Shown: one piece after another, positions 1 to 9,029 of the stretch | How the letters are laid out: each line of letters opens with the position of its first letter | Position numbering within the stretch: position 1 is the stretch's first letter | Assembly (NCBI GenBank): GCA_965226375.1 | Contig: CBDDCX010000006.1 | Coordinates: 96,001-160,000, forward strand | Reading direction: 5' to 3' | DNA from: Longimicrobiales bacterium | Lineage (GTDB): Bacteria; Gemmatimonadota; Gemmatimonadetes; Longimicrobiales; Gaopeijiaceae | DNA length: 64,000 bases | Program-made: the position numbers and the translations under genes | The notes under the pieces: generated by a model | The model's database searches: none | Told to the model about the DNA's origin: nothing | Seen by the model: the letters and a program-made list of their open reading frames with translations, nothing else

Positions 1-900
1 GGCATCGATCTGGTGGTAGCGCGGCCAGATCTGCTTACGCTTCTTTCGGCCGGTCTTCTCGTCCTTCTCCTCCACGACCTGGGCGTAGTTCTCCAAGATG
101 TTCGTCAGGCTCTCTCGGGTCAGTACCTCGCGCCACAGGTAGTCGGTCTTAATCCCGTTCGGGTTCGGCGGATTGCCCGCGCCGTCGTTCCAACCCCGGT
201 TGAACGGCAGGAACCAGGACTTCTTGCCAGCGAGATGTGTACAGAAGCGCACCTCGTTGTCGTCCACAGCGAAGTGGGCCACGCAGCGGCCGAGCTCGAA
301 CAGCTTCTCGCGCGGATTGCGGTCCCTCTTGTATTGCTCCTCCGCATCGCCCACCGTCTGCTTCGTGAGGCGGTTCTTGAGCTCGAAGGTGAGAACCGGC
401 AGGCCGTTGATGAAGAGCACGATGTCGAGTGAGCGCTGGGTCTCGTCTCGGCTGTAGCGGAGCTGCCGGACGGCGGTGAACCGGTTCTGCTCGAAGCGTT
501 CGCGCGCCTGCGGGTTCGCGGCCGAGGGCGTGCCGTAGAACAGAGCTAGGTCGTGCGCGTCGTGCCTGGCGCCATGACGGAGCACCTCGATGGTGCCGCG
601 CTTGGAGATCTCGCCCTGCAGCCGGGCGAGGAACTTGCGCTGCGTCGGACCGTCCGCGTCCAGAGCCAGTGCTTCGGCCGCCTCCGACTGGGTATTCTGT
701 AGGAAGGCTGCAAGCTGAACCCGGTCGACACAGAACTCGCGGTCGTAGTCATGAGGACTGCCGCAGCTCCAGCCCACGCCGCCGTAGCCGGGATGAGCCG
801 CGCCCTCTGTACCGTTCCCCCCTGGGTCGCACGGATCGCCAGTGAGCGCCGTGCAAATCAGCCGTTCAAGGCCACGCTCGGATGTATCTGTGATCGCCAT
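1..900 (-). CDS. hsdR: Type I restriction enzyme R subunit, N-terminal part (runs off window start)
   Basis: Not in the ORF track. Manual translation from ATG at 900 is open to position 1: MAITDTSERGLERLICTALTG...RQLRYSRDETQRSLDIVLFINGLPVLTFELKNRLTKQ...WFLPFNRGWNDGAGNPPNPNGIKTDYLW...QIWPRYHQID. Contains the HsdR nuclease motif D-x-x-L-F-I-N-G-L-P...E-L-K and the PRYHQ motif preceding the helicase. Confidence 0.93.
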   Translation of the reverse strand, partial: MAITDTSERGLERLICTALTGDPCDPGGNGTEGAAHPGYGGVGWSCGSPHDYDREFCVDRVQLAAFLQNTQSEAAEALALDADGPTQRKFLARLQGEISKRGTIEVLRHGARHDAHDLALFYGTPSAANPQARERFEQNRFTAVRQLRYSRDETQRSLDIVLFINGLPVLTFELKNRLTKQTVGDAEEQYKRDRNPREKLFELGRCVAHFAVDDNEVRFCTHLAGKKSWFLPFNRGWNDGAGNPPNPNGIKTDYLWREVLTRESLTNILENYAQVVEEKDEKTGRKKRKQIWPRYHQIDA

Positions 901-912
901 AGACGCTCGCCG

Positions 913-1230
913 TCAGATCGGCACCTCCGTGTACTCTCCCGGTTCCATCCGATCGACAGCGGCCCGAATGTCGGCAACACGGCGTTGGATGCGCGGCCAT
1001 GACGCGGCCAGCAATACCACAATCGCTAGCCGTCTCCCAGATAGGTTCTGTTGATGACGGAGATGCTGGTCCGTCGTTACCAGCAGCTGGTACCCATCCT
1101 CCTCCGCCCGGTCGAGCAACGCACCGTTGTCCAGGCCCGACCAGCCGCGTCCGAAAACAGTATCCACGTCATGCCCGGCCAGATCCCTGCCCAGCGGCGC
1201 CGGCACCCCTTGATCGAACAGTATTCTCAA
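913..1230 (-). CDS. DUF5615/PIN-like toxin
   Basis: MRILFDQGVP...DNGALLDRAE...LLVTTDQHL is the PIN-like pattern. Its start overlaps the stop of the DUF433 gene (TTGA). Confidence 0.85.
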   Translation of the reverse strand: MRILFDQGVPAPLGRDLAGHDVDTVFGRGWSGLDNGALLDRAEEDGYQLLVTTDQHLRHQQNLSGRRLAIVVLLAASWPRIQRRVADIRAAVDRMEPGEYTEVPI

Positions 1231-1451
1231 GCCACCGAGTCCTTGAGATTCCGGGTCTCGTGGTCGAGAACGCTCTCGACCTGCCGACGCTCCACGCCGG
1301 GAAACCAGCTTAGGAACTGGTCGATCGTGGCACCGTCCCGGAGGTTCTCAAAGAGTGAAGCCACGGGCACTCGCGTGCCCCGAAACACCCAGGTTCCGCT
1401 AACTCTTGCCGGATCCCGCTCCACAGCGGGACACGTTTTCCAGCCACTCAT
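1227..1451 (-). CDS. DUF433 antitoxin
   Basis: AVERDPARVSGTWVFRGTRVPVASLFENLRDGATIDQFLSWFPGV is the DUF433 signature. ATGA overlap with the hsdS stop. Confidence 0.9.
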   Translation of the reverse strand: MSGWKTCPAVERDPARVSGTWVFRGTRVPVASLFENLRDGATIDQFLSWFPGVERRQVESVLDHETRNLKDSVA

Positions 1452-2983
1452 CGGGCCACCTCCTTCACGGTCTCGAGTTCCTCAAGAACCGAATCCATGT
1501 CAGTATCGACCGGATCGTCCACGTCGTCTCCGGCCAACGGATCCACCTTCGGCAGGGCAGCCGCAGCATCGCGCACGTCGAGCTTGCCGGTGACGACGTC
1601 GGCGACCAGGCGAGTGCGATACTCCTTGAGAAAATGGATTTGACGCTCCAGCTGACATACCTCCTGATCGATAGTGACTACGTTGCTATCGTTGAAATCA
1701 GCGATCAGAACTTGTTCTTCTTGTGGAGGACGAGGTGTTGGCATCCTCTTGAAGTCCTCCCAGTATAGCCGGTTACGATCTTTGACGATGCCGCGGGGGT
1801 ACTTGTCAATCTCGGTCATATACGCGCTCGTGCGAAAAAGAGCGTTAAAGTACTGTGGATTCGTGCCTACTAGTGGCTTTGCAACAACATACGCAGGGCT
1901 GACTAATCCATCCACTGGAGTTACTCCGACTGCTCCCTGCCACATTCGCATCATATTGTAAGCGATGTCCCCCTCGACGGCCCGCTTGTACTTGTTACGA
2001 TCTGACATGACTTGCTTTCGGTCTGGATCTTCCAAGTCTCGCACACGAATACCTGTCCTTAAAGAAATCTCAAGCAAGCCAAAATCGGCAGTTCAGCGAA
2101 TCCGACTTCATTGCGCTGAACAAAGAGCCGAGTCCCATTTCGAACCACATCCCAATGCTCCGGCACTTGTCCCAGCCACTCGACTCCAGCCTCCACGCCC
2201 CCGACATATCCGAGTAGCCTTGTAGGCCCGGTAGCACACAAACCCTTCCGGCCAGCGCAGACCCTCCACGTACTCCAGGCATGCCGGCTGGCCGGTGCGG
2301 ACATCGACCTGGCCCGTGACGGCTTGGTGGATGATGGCCTGCTTCTGCTCCTCCAGAAGCGCGATCAACTTCTCCTTGGCTCGGATGTAGCGCTGTATCC
2401 TGCGGTCGACGTAATCAAGGAAGCGAACTATGGCGGTCTGTTCGGGCAAGGGTGGAAGAGGTAACCAAACGGACTGGATGGCCGCGTGCGAGAGCCCATA
2501 CCTAGTCACACCGTTGGCTTGAACATGAAACTGACACCCAATGCTTCTACTTTGGAGTGCACGTAATAGGTATCCTCCATTCAGGCAGGTGCCCAACGGG
2601 CGGAGCAGGGCCAGGTGATAGCCGCTGACCAGATCATCAGCAGATTCAACCACAAGTGCTGGGACTCCGATGTCATCCCAAGCTTCGGAGTCCTTTGTTA
2701 TGAGAACGTCGCCAGGGGTCAAGCGGAATCGTGCGATCTCGTCTGCGGTCGCGGTTGCTCGCATGAATAGCATGCTGGGACTTATGTGATCGTTCTTGTA
2801 GACATCCACATAATTGCACAGGCGAACGGGATACTCACCCTCCTTGGTGTGCTTATCGATGTTGCTGATACGCATTTCGGCAACGTTCTTGAGCCGCTGT
2901 ATTTCCCAATGTTCTGGCACCTCTCCTAGCCACTCCAGTCCGGAATCCTTCCTAGCAGGATAGGGCTTCAGAACATGGGTCAT
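1448..2983 (-). pseudogene. hsdS: Type I R-M specificity subunit, interrupted at ~2070-2290 by short IS1595-derived inserts (possibly an assembly artefact)
   Basis: Two ORFs (2108-2983 and 1448-2077) carry HsdS motifs: YPARKDSGLEWLGEVPEHW, PPLPEQTAIVRFLD, PPQEEQVLIADF, EYRTRLVADVVTGKLDVR. The central linker contains sequence identical to the IS1595 transposase. Confidence 0.88.
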
Positions 2984-4276
2984 GCGCCGGTCTCCCCATC
3001 ACCCATTTGTTTCTCGAACGCCTGGCGCACGAGGCCCATCACATAGGACAGCTCATCTACCTCGGTCATGTCCACCTCTGCATCCCCATTGCCCCAGCGG
3101 CCGATGCCGGTGACGTCCTTGGCGAACCCCCTCGGGTCATTGAGCTCGTGGAAGGGGAGGTTCAGACTAAGGCGTAGACAGCTCTTTTGCGGTACCACGT
3201 CGACGAAGTTGGTCTCCGCCTTGTAGGCGACGTAGAGCTTGAGGACCTCCTCGGTGACGCAAGGATCGAGGGCCACGACCTCCTTTCGGAACGCATCGAA
3301 GAGCGATCGCATGGGACTGCCGTCGGCGAGGTTCGGGTGGTCAGCGAGGGTGTAACTAGCCGGGCGCTCTGTCTTCTGCCGATACGTTTCCAATACCTCA
3401 GCAGGCAACTCGGGCTGCGCCCACACTTTCGTAGCCTGCTCGGCAAGCCGCGTCGCGCGGGTTTGGATCGCGGCTTCGTCCCAGGTCGCGAGAGACCTCA
3501 GATCCTCGTTCAACCGCAGCGGGCTCTGCCGGAAGCCGCCCGACATGTCGCGCTTCTCGGCGAAGGGCCGATCGCTATATTCTGCGTTGTAGCCGGTTAG
3601 CGTCAGGTTACCAAGCGTGTGCAACCAAGTCGCTTGCACCCGTTGCCACTCCGAGCCGAGTGCGTTCCGCCATTTCGCGGAGAGGTTTTCGTTCTGCGGC
3701 ATGATGTGCTCGATGGTGTACTCGTCTACGTGCACTCGCTCCTTGCGGCCGTGGTTCTCGAGACGACGTAGCCAGTAGCTGCGACGCGGAAAATTATAGA
3801 GGTCTCGAATTTTGAGCTCACGCTTGAATTCCTCATCGTCCGGGAACCGACGGTAGGAGCGTATAGTCAGCAAGTGCGCCTCGATGCTCTCAAGGTAGCG
3901 ATCCTTCCTGACGAAGCGTCCGAAGGTGGCAAACGTCTTGTTCAGGGAGTTGGTAGGAATACCGCACACCGCTCGTCGAAATACGTACGCCTCGACGAGC
4001 CGCACAGCACCAGCGAGGTCATCCTTGTCTAGAGGGCCCTCGACGTAATCGTGATACAGCTCGAGTAAGAACGGGAAGGCCACGTCAACCTTGAGATCAC
4101 GCAGGTCGCGAAAAGCCAACGCCAACTGTTTGTCGGGCTCCTGGTCAAGCGCCATCGCGCAGTAGTGGCGGGCGTAAGCGTGGACCTCGGCAACAAGGGC
4201 CTCTACGCCGGCCGCCGCCACCTCCGGGGAGTTAGCGTGCGCCTTGAACGCTTCGTAGACGGCCCGGATCGGAACC
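2980..4276 (-). pseudogene. 5'-truncated DUF262/DUF1524 (GmrSD-like HNH) protein with C-terminal DUF5655-like domain
   Basis: TIEHIMPQ...LHTLGNLTLTGYNAEYSDRPF HNH motif, and a C-terminal KLYVAYKAETNFVDVVPQK...GRWGNGD segment. The frame continues upstream (VPIRAVYEAFKAH) until it is cut by the IS3 end at 4277. Confidence 0.85.
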
Positions 4277-4309
4277 TGTCAACGACAATGGGACACTCTA
4301 CGGGATTAA

Positions 4310-5317
4310 TTAGAGAGCAATGTCCTGTGTGGTGAGGGAAGGGATGGGAGGATTGATGAAGACGGCCTCCGGGAGCGGTTTGGGCTTCGGCACACCTCTG
4401 ACGAAGCGTTCGGGATGAGCGGCCCATGCTTCGCGGAGCACGGATTTCCTGCCGGCAATGACCTGATCGGCGTTCCCGAAGTGGACCTGCTCGGGGGTTA
4501 GCATCGAGATGCCGCCATGGCGGTGCTCGGCATTGTACCAGCGGAAGAACGATCGACAGAACGTCTTGGCTTGGCCCTGATCCCCGAACCGTCCGGGAAA
4601 CGAGGGATGGTACTTCAAGGTTTTGAACTGAGCCTCGGAAAACGGGTTGTCATCCGACACCTGAGGCCGGCTCAACGAGCGGGTCACGCCGAGGTCAGCG
4701 AGAAGTTGAGCGGTGCATTGGCTCGTCATTGGAGCTCCCCGATCCGAGTGCAGGGTCAGGACCCGGGGCTGGACGCCATGCTTCAGGCAGCTCTGCTGGA
4801 TCAACCGGCCGGCCAGGGCCGAGTTCTCCCGGTCCGCCACCATCCAGCCCACGACGTAGCGGCTGTAGATGTCCATGATGACGTAGAGGTAGTAATAGCT
4901 CCACTTCTTCGGCCCGAGCAGCCGCGTGATATCCCAGGACCACACCTGGTTCGGCGCCGTGGCCATCAACTCGGGCTTCTTGTACTCGGGATGGGTGCGC
5001 TGCGCCCGGCGTTCCTGAACCGGCACCTCGGAGGCCAGAACACGATACATCGTGCGTTCGCTGCACAGGTAGACCTCTTCGTCGAGCAGCGTGGCCACCA
5101 CCTCGGCGGGTGAGCGGTCCACGAACCGCTCCGAACACAGCGTGTCGAAGACCTCGCCTCGTTCCGTCTCGCTCAATGCCCGGGCGGGCGTCGGGCGGGG
5201 CTGCTGTTGCCCGGTTGATGGGCCTCGACGACGGTACAACGTCGATCGGGAGACCTCGAGGGCCGCGCACGCCGGTTTTACACCGACGTGCTTAGCCAGC
5301 TCATCGGCCGCCTTCAA
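4310..5317 (-). CDS. IS3-family transposase OrfB (DDE integrase core)
   Basis: PNQVWSWDIT, DIYSRYVVGW, LHSDRG, DNPFSEAQFKTLK, YNAEHRH motifs. Confidence 0.95.
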   Translation of the reverse strand: MKAADELAKHVGVKPACAALEVSRSTLYRRRGPSTGQQQPRPTPARALSETERGEVFDTLCSERFVDRSPAEVVATLLDEEVYLCSERTMYRVLASEVPVQERRAQRTHPEYKKPELMATAPNQVWSWDITRLLGPKKWSYYYLYVIMDIYSRYVVGWMVADRENSALAGRLIQQSCLKHGVQPRVLTLHSDRGAPMTSQCTAQLLADLGVTRSLSRPQVSDDNPFSEAQFKTLKYHPSFPGRFGDQGQAKTFCRSFFRWYNAEHRHGGISMLTPEQVHFGNADQVIAGRKSVLREAWAAHPERFVRGVPKPKPLPEAVFINPPIPSLTTQDIAL

Positions 5318-5763
5318 GAGTTTGTCCCGTCGTCGAGGCTTATCCCCAGCAGCCCCGCAACTTTTCCCTGCACGTCGATGATCAGGTGTGCCTTCCTGAG
5401 CTCATTCCCGAGCCGTGCGTTTCGCCGCTCCAGCTTGCGTACCTTCTCATCCAGCGGATTTCGCTCCGGCTTGCGGCCGCGTTTCTTCGACAGGGCCTTC
5501 AGCGACCCGCTATGCGCCGCCTTGCGCCACGTCGTCAGGTGCGACGAGTACAGGCCCTCTCGCCGCAGGACTTGACCCACCTCGCCGGGCTCGGTGCACC
5601 GGTCCGCTTCTTCGACGATCCGCAGCTTGTACGACGGACTGAACCGCCGCCGTAGCGGCCTATCTACTACCTCCGGGTCCGCAGGAGCTGCCGCGCTTCG
5701 CTTGGCCTCCCCGGTTCCAGGGGCACTACCATTCTCTGCCATTCTCTCTCGCAGTCCCAACAT
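5314..5763 (-). CDS. IS3-family transposase OrfA (HTH)
   Basis: RRRFSPSYKLRIVEEAD...LRREGLYSSHLTTWRK followed by a coiled coil. Four-nt overlap with orfB. Confidence 0.9.
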   Translation of the reverse strand: MLGLRERMAENGSAPGTGEAKRSAAAPADPEVVDRPLRRRFSPSYKLRIVEEADRCTEPGEVGQVLRREGLYSSHLTTWRKAAHSGSLKALSKKRGRKPERNPLDEKVRKLERRNARLGNELRKAHLIIDVQGKVAGLLGISLDDGTNS

Positions 5764-5829
5764 GTTCGTTTTCTCTGCCTTCGCCCTACTCTAATTCTTT
5801 GCGTGCTCCGTGTCTCACGTACGTTGGCA

Positions 5830-6990
5830 GAGAGGGAGGAGATGTTCCCGACTCGAACTCTGTTGACTGCCAAGCAAGAAGTCGGTCTGGTCAACGCCAT
5901 CGATGGGGCGGTCGGCCGGAACGTCCGCGCCCACAATGCGAGCGAACGTAGGGAAGAAGTCCATCGTCGAGAACATCTCGTTTGACGTGCCCGGATCGAT
6001 CCTACCGGGCCAGCGGATCATCCCGATCGTGCGAATCGAGCCTTCTGTCGGGTCCCCAAGCTCTCCGCGCCATGGTCCCGCAGACCCTGCGTCTGGCCAG
6101 ACCCCTGTCCGCATAGGTCCGTTGTCGCTCATGAACACCACGATAGTGTTGTCCTGGATCCCAGCAGCCTCAATGGCATCAAGGACGCGACCTGTGTTGT
6201 AGTCCAACTCCATGAGTGAGTCGCCGTAGCGACCGATGCGGGATGCTCCCTCGAACTCGGTCGATGTATAGTTCGGGTAGTGGGGTCGCGTCCACGCGAC
6301 GAAGAGAAAGAACGGATCGGGGGAGGCAGCGTGCTCCTGTATGTAAGCCACCGACATGTCCGCGATTTCAACGTCGATTGTGCGCCGCGTGTCGAAATCG
6401 TAAGGCTTTACGTTCTCGACCTCACCGCCCGCCCTTGAATGATCTGAGGTTCGAGAAACCCGGCCGGAAGCGGAGCCTTGTTTTCTGTGCTCGTTGGGAT
6501 ATAGAGCGTTTCATCTGTCGTATTCGGGATTCCCCAGAACTCGTCGAATCCCTGGCTGTGAGGGAGACTGGAATTCTGGACTCCCAAGTGCCACTTGCCG
6601 TAATACGCGGAGGAGTAACCGACGCTCTTCATGATTTCGCCTAAGGTGATTTCCTCGGGCTGGAGTGTGTTCGGCGTCCCCGGTATCAGCACCAAGGATA
6701 GCCCGGACCGAATCGAGTAGCGTCCGGTCATCGTTGCGGTGCGGGACGGAGTGCAGCCCGGTTCAACGAGGAATTGTGTGAGGCGAAGCCCCTCGGCAGC
6801 GAGTTGATCGATCCGGGGTGTGGGGGCCCCGCGCAACTCTCCTCCACCATAGATGCCGACATCCCCGTAGCCGAGGTTGTCTGCCATCATGAAGACGATG
6901 TTCGGCCTGCTGCCGTTCTGCGCTTGCAGATTATCGAGCGGGATTAGAAGTAAGCCGACAGTAAGGCATCCGAGCGCGACAGAGCGCATC
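5830..6990 (-). pseudogene. Arylsulfatase, frameshifted (~6430) and 3'-truncated by IS3
   Basis: Signal peptide, PNIVFMMADNLGYGD, CTPSR (formylglycine motif), GKWHLG. The protein continues in another frame (GGEVENVKPYDFDTRR...FMSDNG...IDGVDQ) and stops at the IS3 end. Confidence 0.88.
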
Positions 6991-7436
6991 ACATGGCCTC
7001 CATTCCTAGAGTGAGTTCTGTAGATCATGGGGCGCGTGTGATGACGAGGAAATTGGACTATGGTCCCATAGCATGCGACCGCTCTTGGTGCGCGCACTTA
7101 ATCGCCTGCCCCTTGAGGCACCAACAAGTTCGCCCTTGCTCGGTGCCTGGGCGGGACCACGGTTAGGCCGGATCCGACTCCGTCGCCCGACCGGACAAGA
7201 GAAAGGCGGCCTTTCCGAAGCCGCCCAGCCAGAACCTCCCAGTCGCCTGTCGTGGGTGACAAAAGGTGACTTTTCCGGCCGAGTAGATGACCACGCCCCT
7301 GCATCCCGTTTGCATCCCGCAGACCGGCTAAGAACGGTTTTACAGGACGCCTCCTGACCGGCTTAGAACGGTCGAAACGTCCAGCTTCTAAGCGAGCGAG
7401 GAGGCCCGAAGGGCCCCCGCAGCTCAATCTTGTCGT

Positions 7437-7862
7437 TTACGCACCTGTTGACCCGAGCTCCGCACTTATCCGAGCGATGATCTCGGTCGTGGAAATCCCG
7501 GGCGTGTAGCCCACCGTGCGGTAAATGCCCATCTCGATCGGAATCTTGTAACAGAGCTCTTCCATCTCACTGGGAAAGTCATCTCCGTGCACGATCAGGT
7601 CGATTTCGTACTGTTCGATCCAGGCACGGTCGATCGTGAGTGGTGCGTTCGATGCTACTTCGTCGACGTAGCGACAGCCCTCGACCGAAGCCACGCGCTC
7701 CTCCATGGTGAGTATCGGGCGGCTCCTCTTGTAACTCATCACCGTTTCATCGGCGTGAACGCCCACCAAAAGGTAGTCACCGTGTCTTCTGGCCTGTCTG
7801 AGGAAATTCACGTGACCGTAATGGAACAGATCAGCCACCATATCGACGTAAACGCGTGTGAT
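7437..7862 (-). CDS. Cytidylyltransferase (TagD/choline-phosphate CT-like)
   Basis: RVYVDMVADLFHYGH (HxGH), HGDD, RTVGYTPGISTT. The RBS AGGAG precedes an ATC at 7862; the first ATG is at 7841. Confidence 0.88.
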   Translation of the reverse strand: MTRVYVDMVADLFHYGHVNFLRQARRHGDYLLVGVHADETVMSYKRSRPILTMEERVASVEGCRYVDEVASNAPLTIDRAWIEQYEIDLIVHGDDFPSEMEELCYKIPIEMGIYRTVGYTPGISTTEIIARISAELGSTGA

Positions 7863-7910
7863 GTCAGGTTCTCCTGGGCTAGGTCTATGGATTACTGATC
7901 TAAGGCCTGG

Positions 7911-8801
7911 TCAGACCTGTTCGGCAATGAGGGCGTGTGCTCTCCCCGAGAGACTCTGAGGGTCCGGTTTGTAGACGTAGTTCACACCAGGCGCGAGGTA
8001 CTCAACATAGAGGATCTCCTTGTGATCTCCATGTTGGACAGAGACCACGTATCCGGCCTCGCCCGGGAGGCTGAAGTAGACATAGCCATCTGCATTGGTG
8101 CTTGACCTATCCAGCCCTGTCAGGACAGTCGTGGCGGCCAACGCAACCTGGGCCCCCTCGACCGGACGACCCTCGAGATCGAGGACCTTCAGACTGCCGG
8201 TGTGCCGTTGAGGTTCGAGTTTGCTAGCCAGGCCCATGATCCCATCGGAGGTGGTGGGAAGAGTGGCTTCGGCCATCAGGACTTCCTGTTCGAACCCGCC
8301 CGCTCTTTTTGGAATCATCCATTCCGGACCGTACTTGAGCCTGAGGTATTCCTCGGGCGGATTCGGCACCAAGAATTTCTCGCCGAGGAAATCGATCTCT
8401 TTCAGGTCCGTGTGCAGACTTGCTGGGATTCGAACGACCGGCCACTGGTAAATGCTGTCGTCTATGATTCGATAGCAGCTCCAGTCCATCGGCGTGCCAA
8501 ACTTCTTGAGATCAACGCTCAGATGAAGTTCGGTATCTGTGATTCGTGCGTCGAACCCGTGCTCCTTGAACACGTCCGCTGCACTACGTACCAGTTCCTC
8601 GGTAAGACCGTGCAGGCCGATCACCGAACCGATGTCCAGGTCATCGTCCCATTCGATGAAGGCGCTATCCCTCACAGCGCCCAAACATGTACCATGGCGC
8701 AAAAAGAAGACCAGTCCGAGTCGATCCAGGATCTGTTGCGCTTCTTTCAGCAGCGCTTCGGCGGTGCTCATGTCCATCGGTTTGAGAACTGAGGGTTGCA
8801 T
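7911..8801 (-). CDS. licD: LicD-family phosphotransferase with C-terminal carboxypeptidase-regulatory-like (Ig-like) domain
   Basis: GTCLGAVRDSAFIEWDDDLDIG and PNPPEEYLRLKYGPEW are LicD motifs. C-terminal VLDLEGRPVEGAQV...TNADGY. Confidence 0.8.
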   Translation of the reverse strand: MQPSVLKPMDMSTAEALLKEAQQILDRLGLVFFLRHGTCLGAVRDSAFIEWDDDLDIGSVIGLHGLTEELVRSAADVFKEHGFDARITDTELHLSVDLKKFGTPMDWSCYRIIDDSIYQWPVVRIPASLHTDLKEIDFLGEKFLVPNPPEEYLRLKYGPEWMIPKRAGGFEQEVLMAEATLPTTSDGIMGLASKLEPQRHTGSLKVLDLEGRPVEGAQVALAATTVLTGLDRSSTNADGYVYFSLPGEAGYVVSVQHGDHKEILYVEYLAPGVNYVYKPDPQSLSGRAHALIAEQV

Positions 8802-9029
8802 GGTTGTGGATAAGCTCGTGTGTGGGGCCGATAAGGGTGGCCTCGCGCGACACAGACGAAGACTACGATAGGTCGCCGTCCGGATGCCGGCACACCTACG
8901 TTACAGCAATAGGCATACAGCACAAAGCCGGGGAGTCCATTCCCAGGACTCACCGAGGGAGAGACGCTGAGGGAGCGGATCGACCGCGAGAGACAACTAC
9001 CCGCCGATTCGGGCGTACTAGTGGCGATC

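Larger units (their letters stand above)
4277..5829 (-). mobile_element. IS3-family insertion sequence (1553 bp), no target-site duplication
   Basis: Imperfect terminal IRs: TGTCAACGACAATGGGACAC (4277) versus reverse complement TGCCAACGTACGTGAGACAC (ending 5829). Contains orfA and orfB. Flanks (GGAACC / GAGAGG) differ. Confidence 0.9.

Noticed and set aside
2183..2286. DGR-like template/variable repeat or spacer acquisition in hsdS
   Set aside because: There is no reverse transcriptase and no adenine-specific mismatch. The matches are exact, collinear pieces of the IS.
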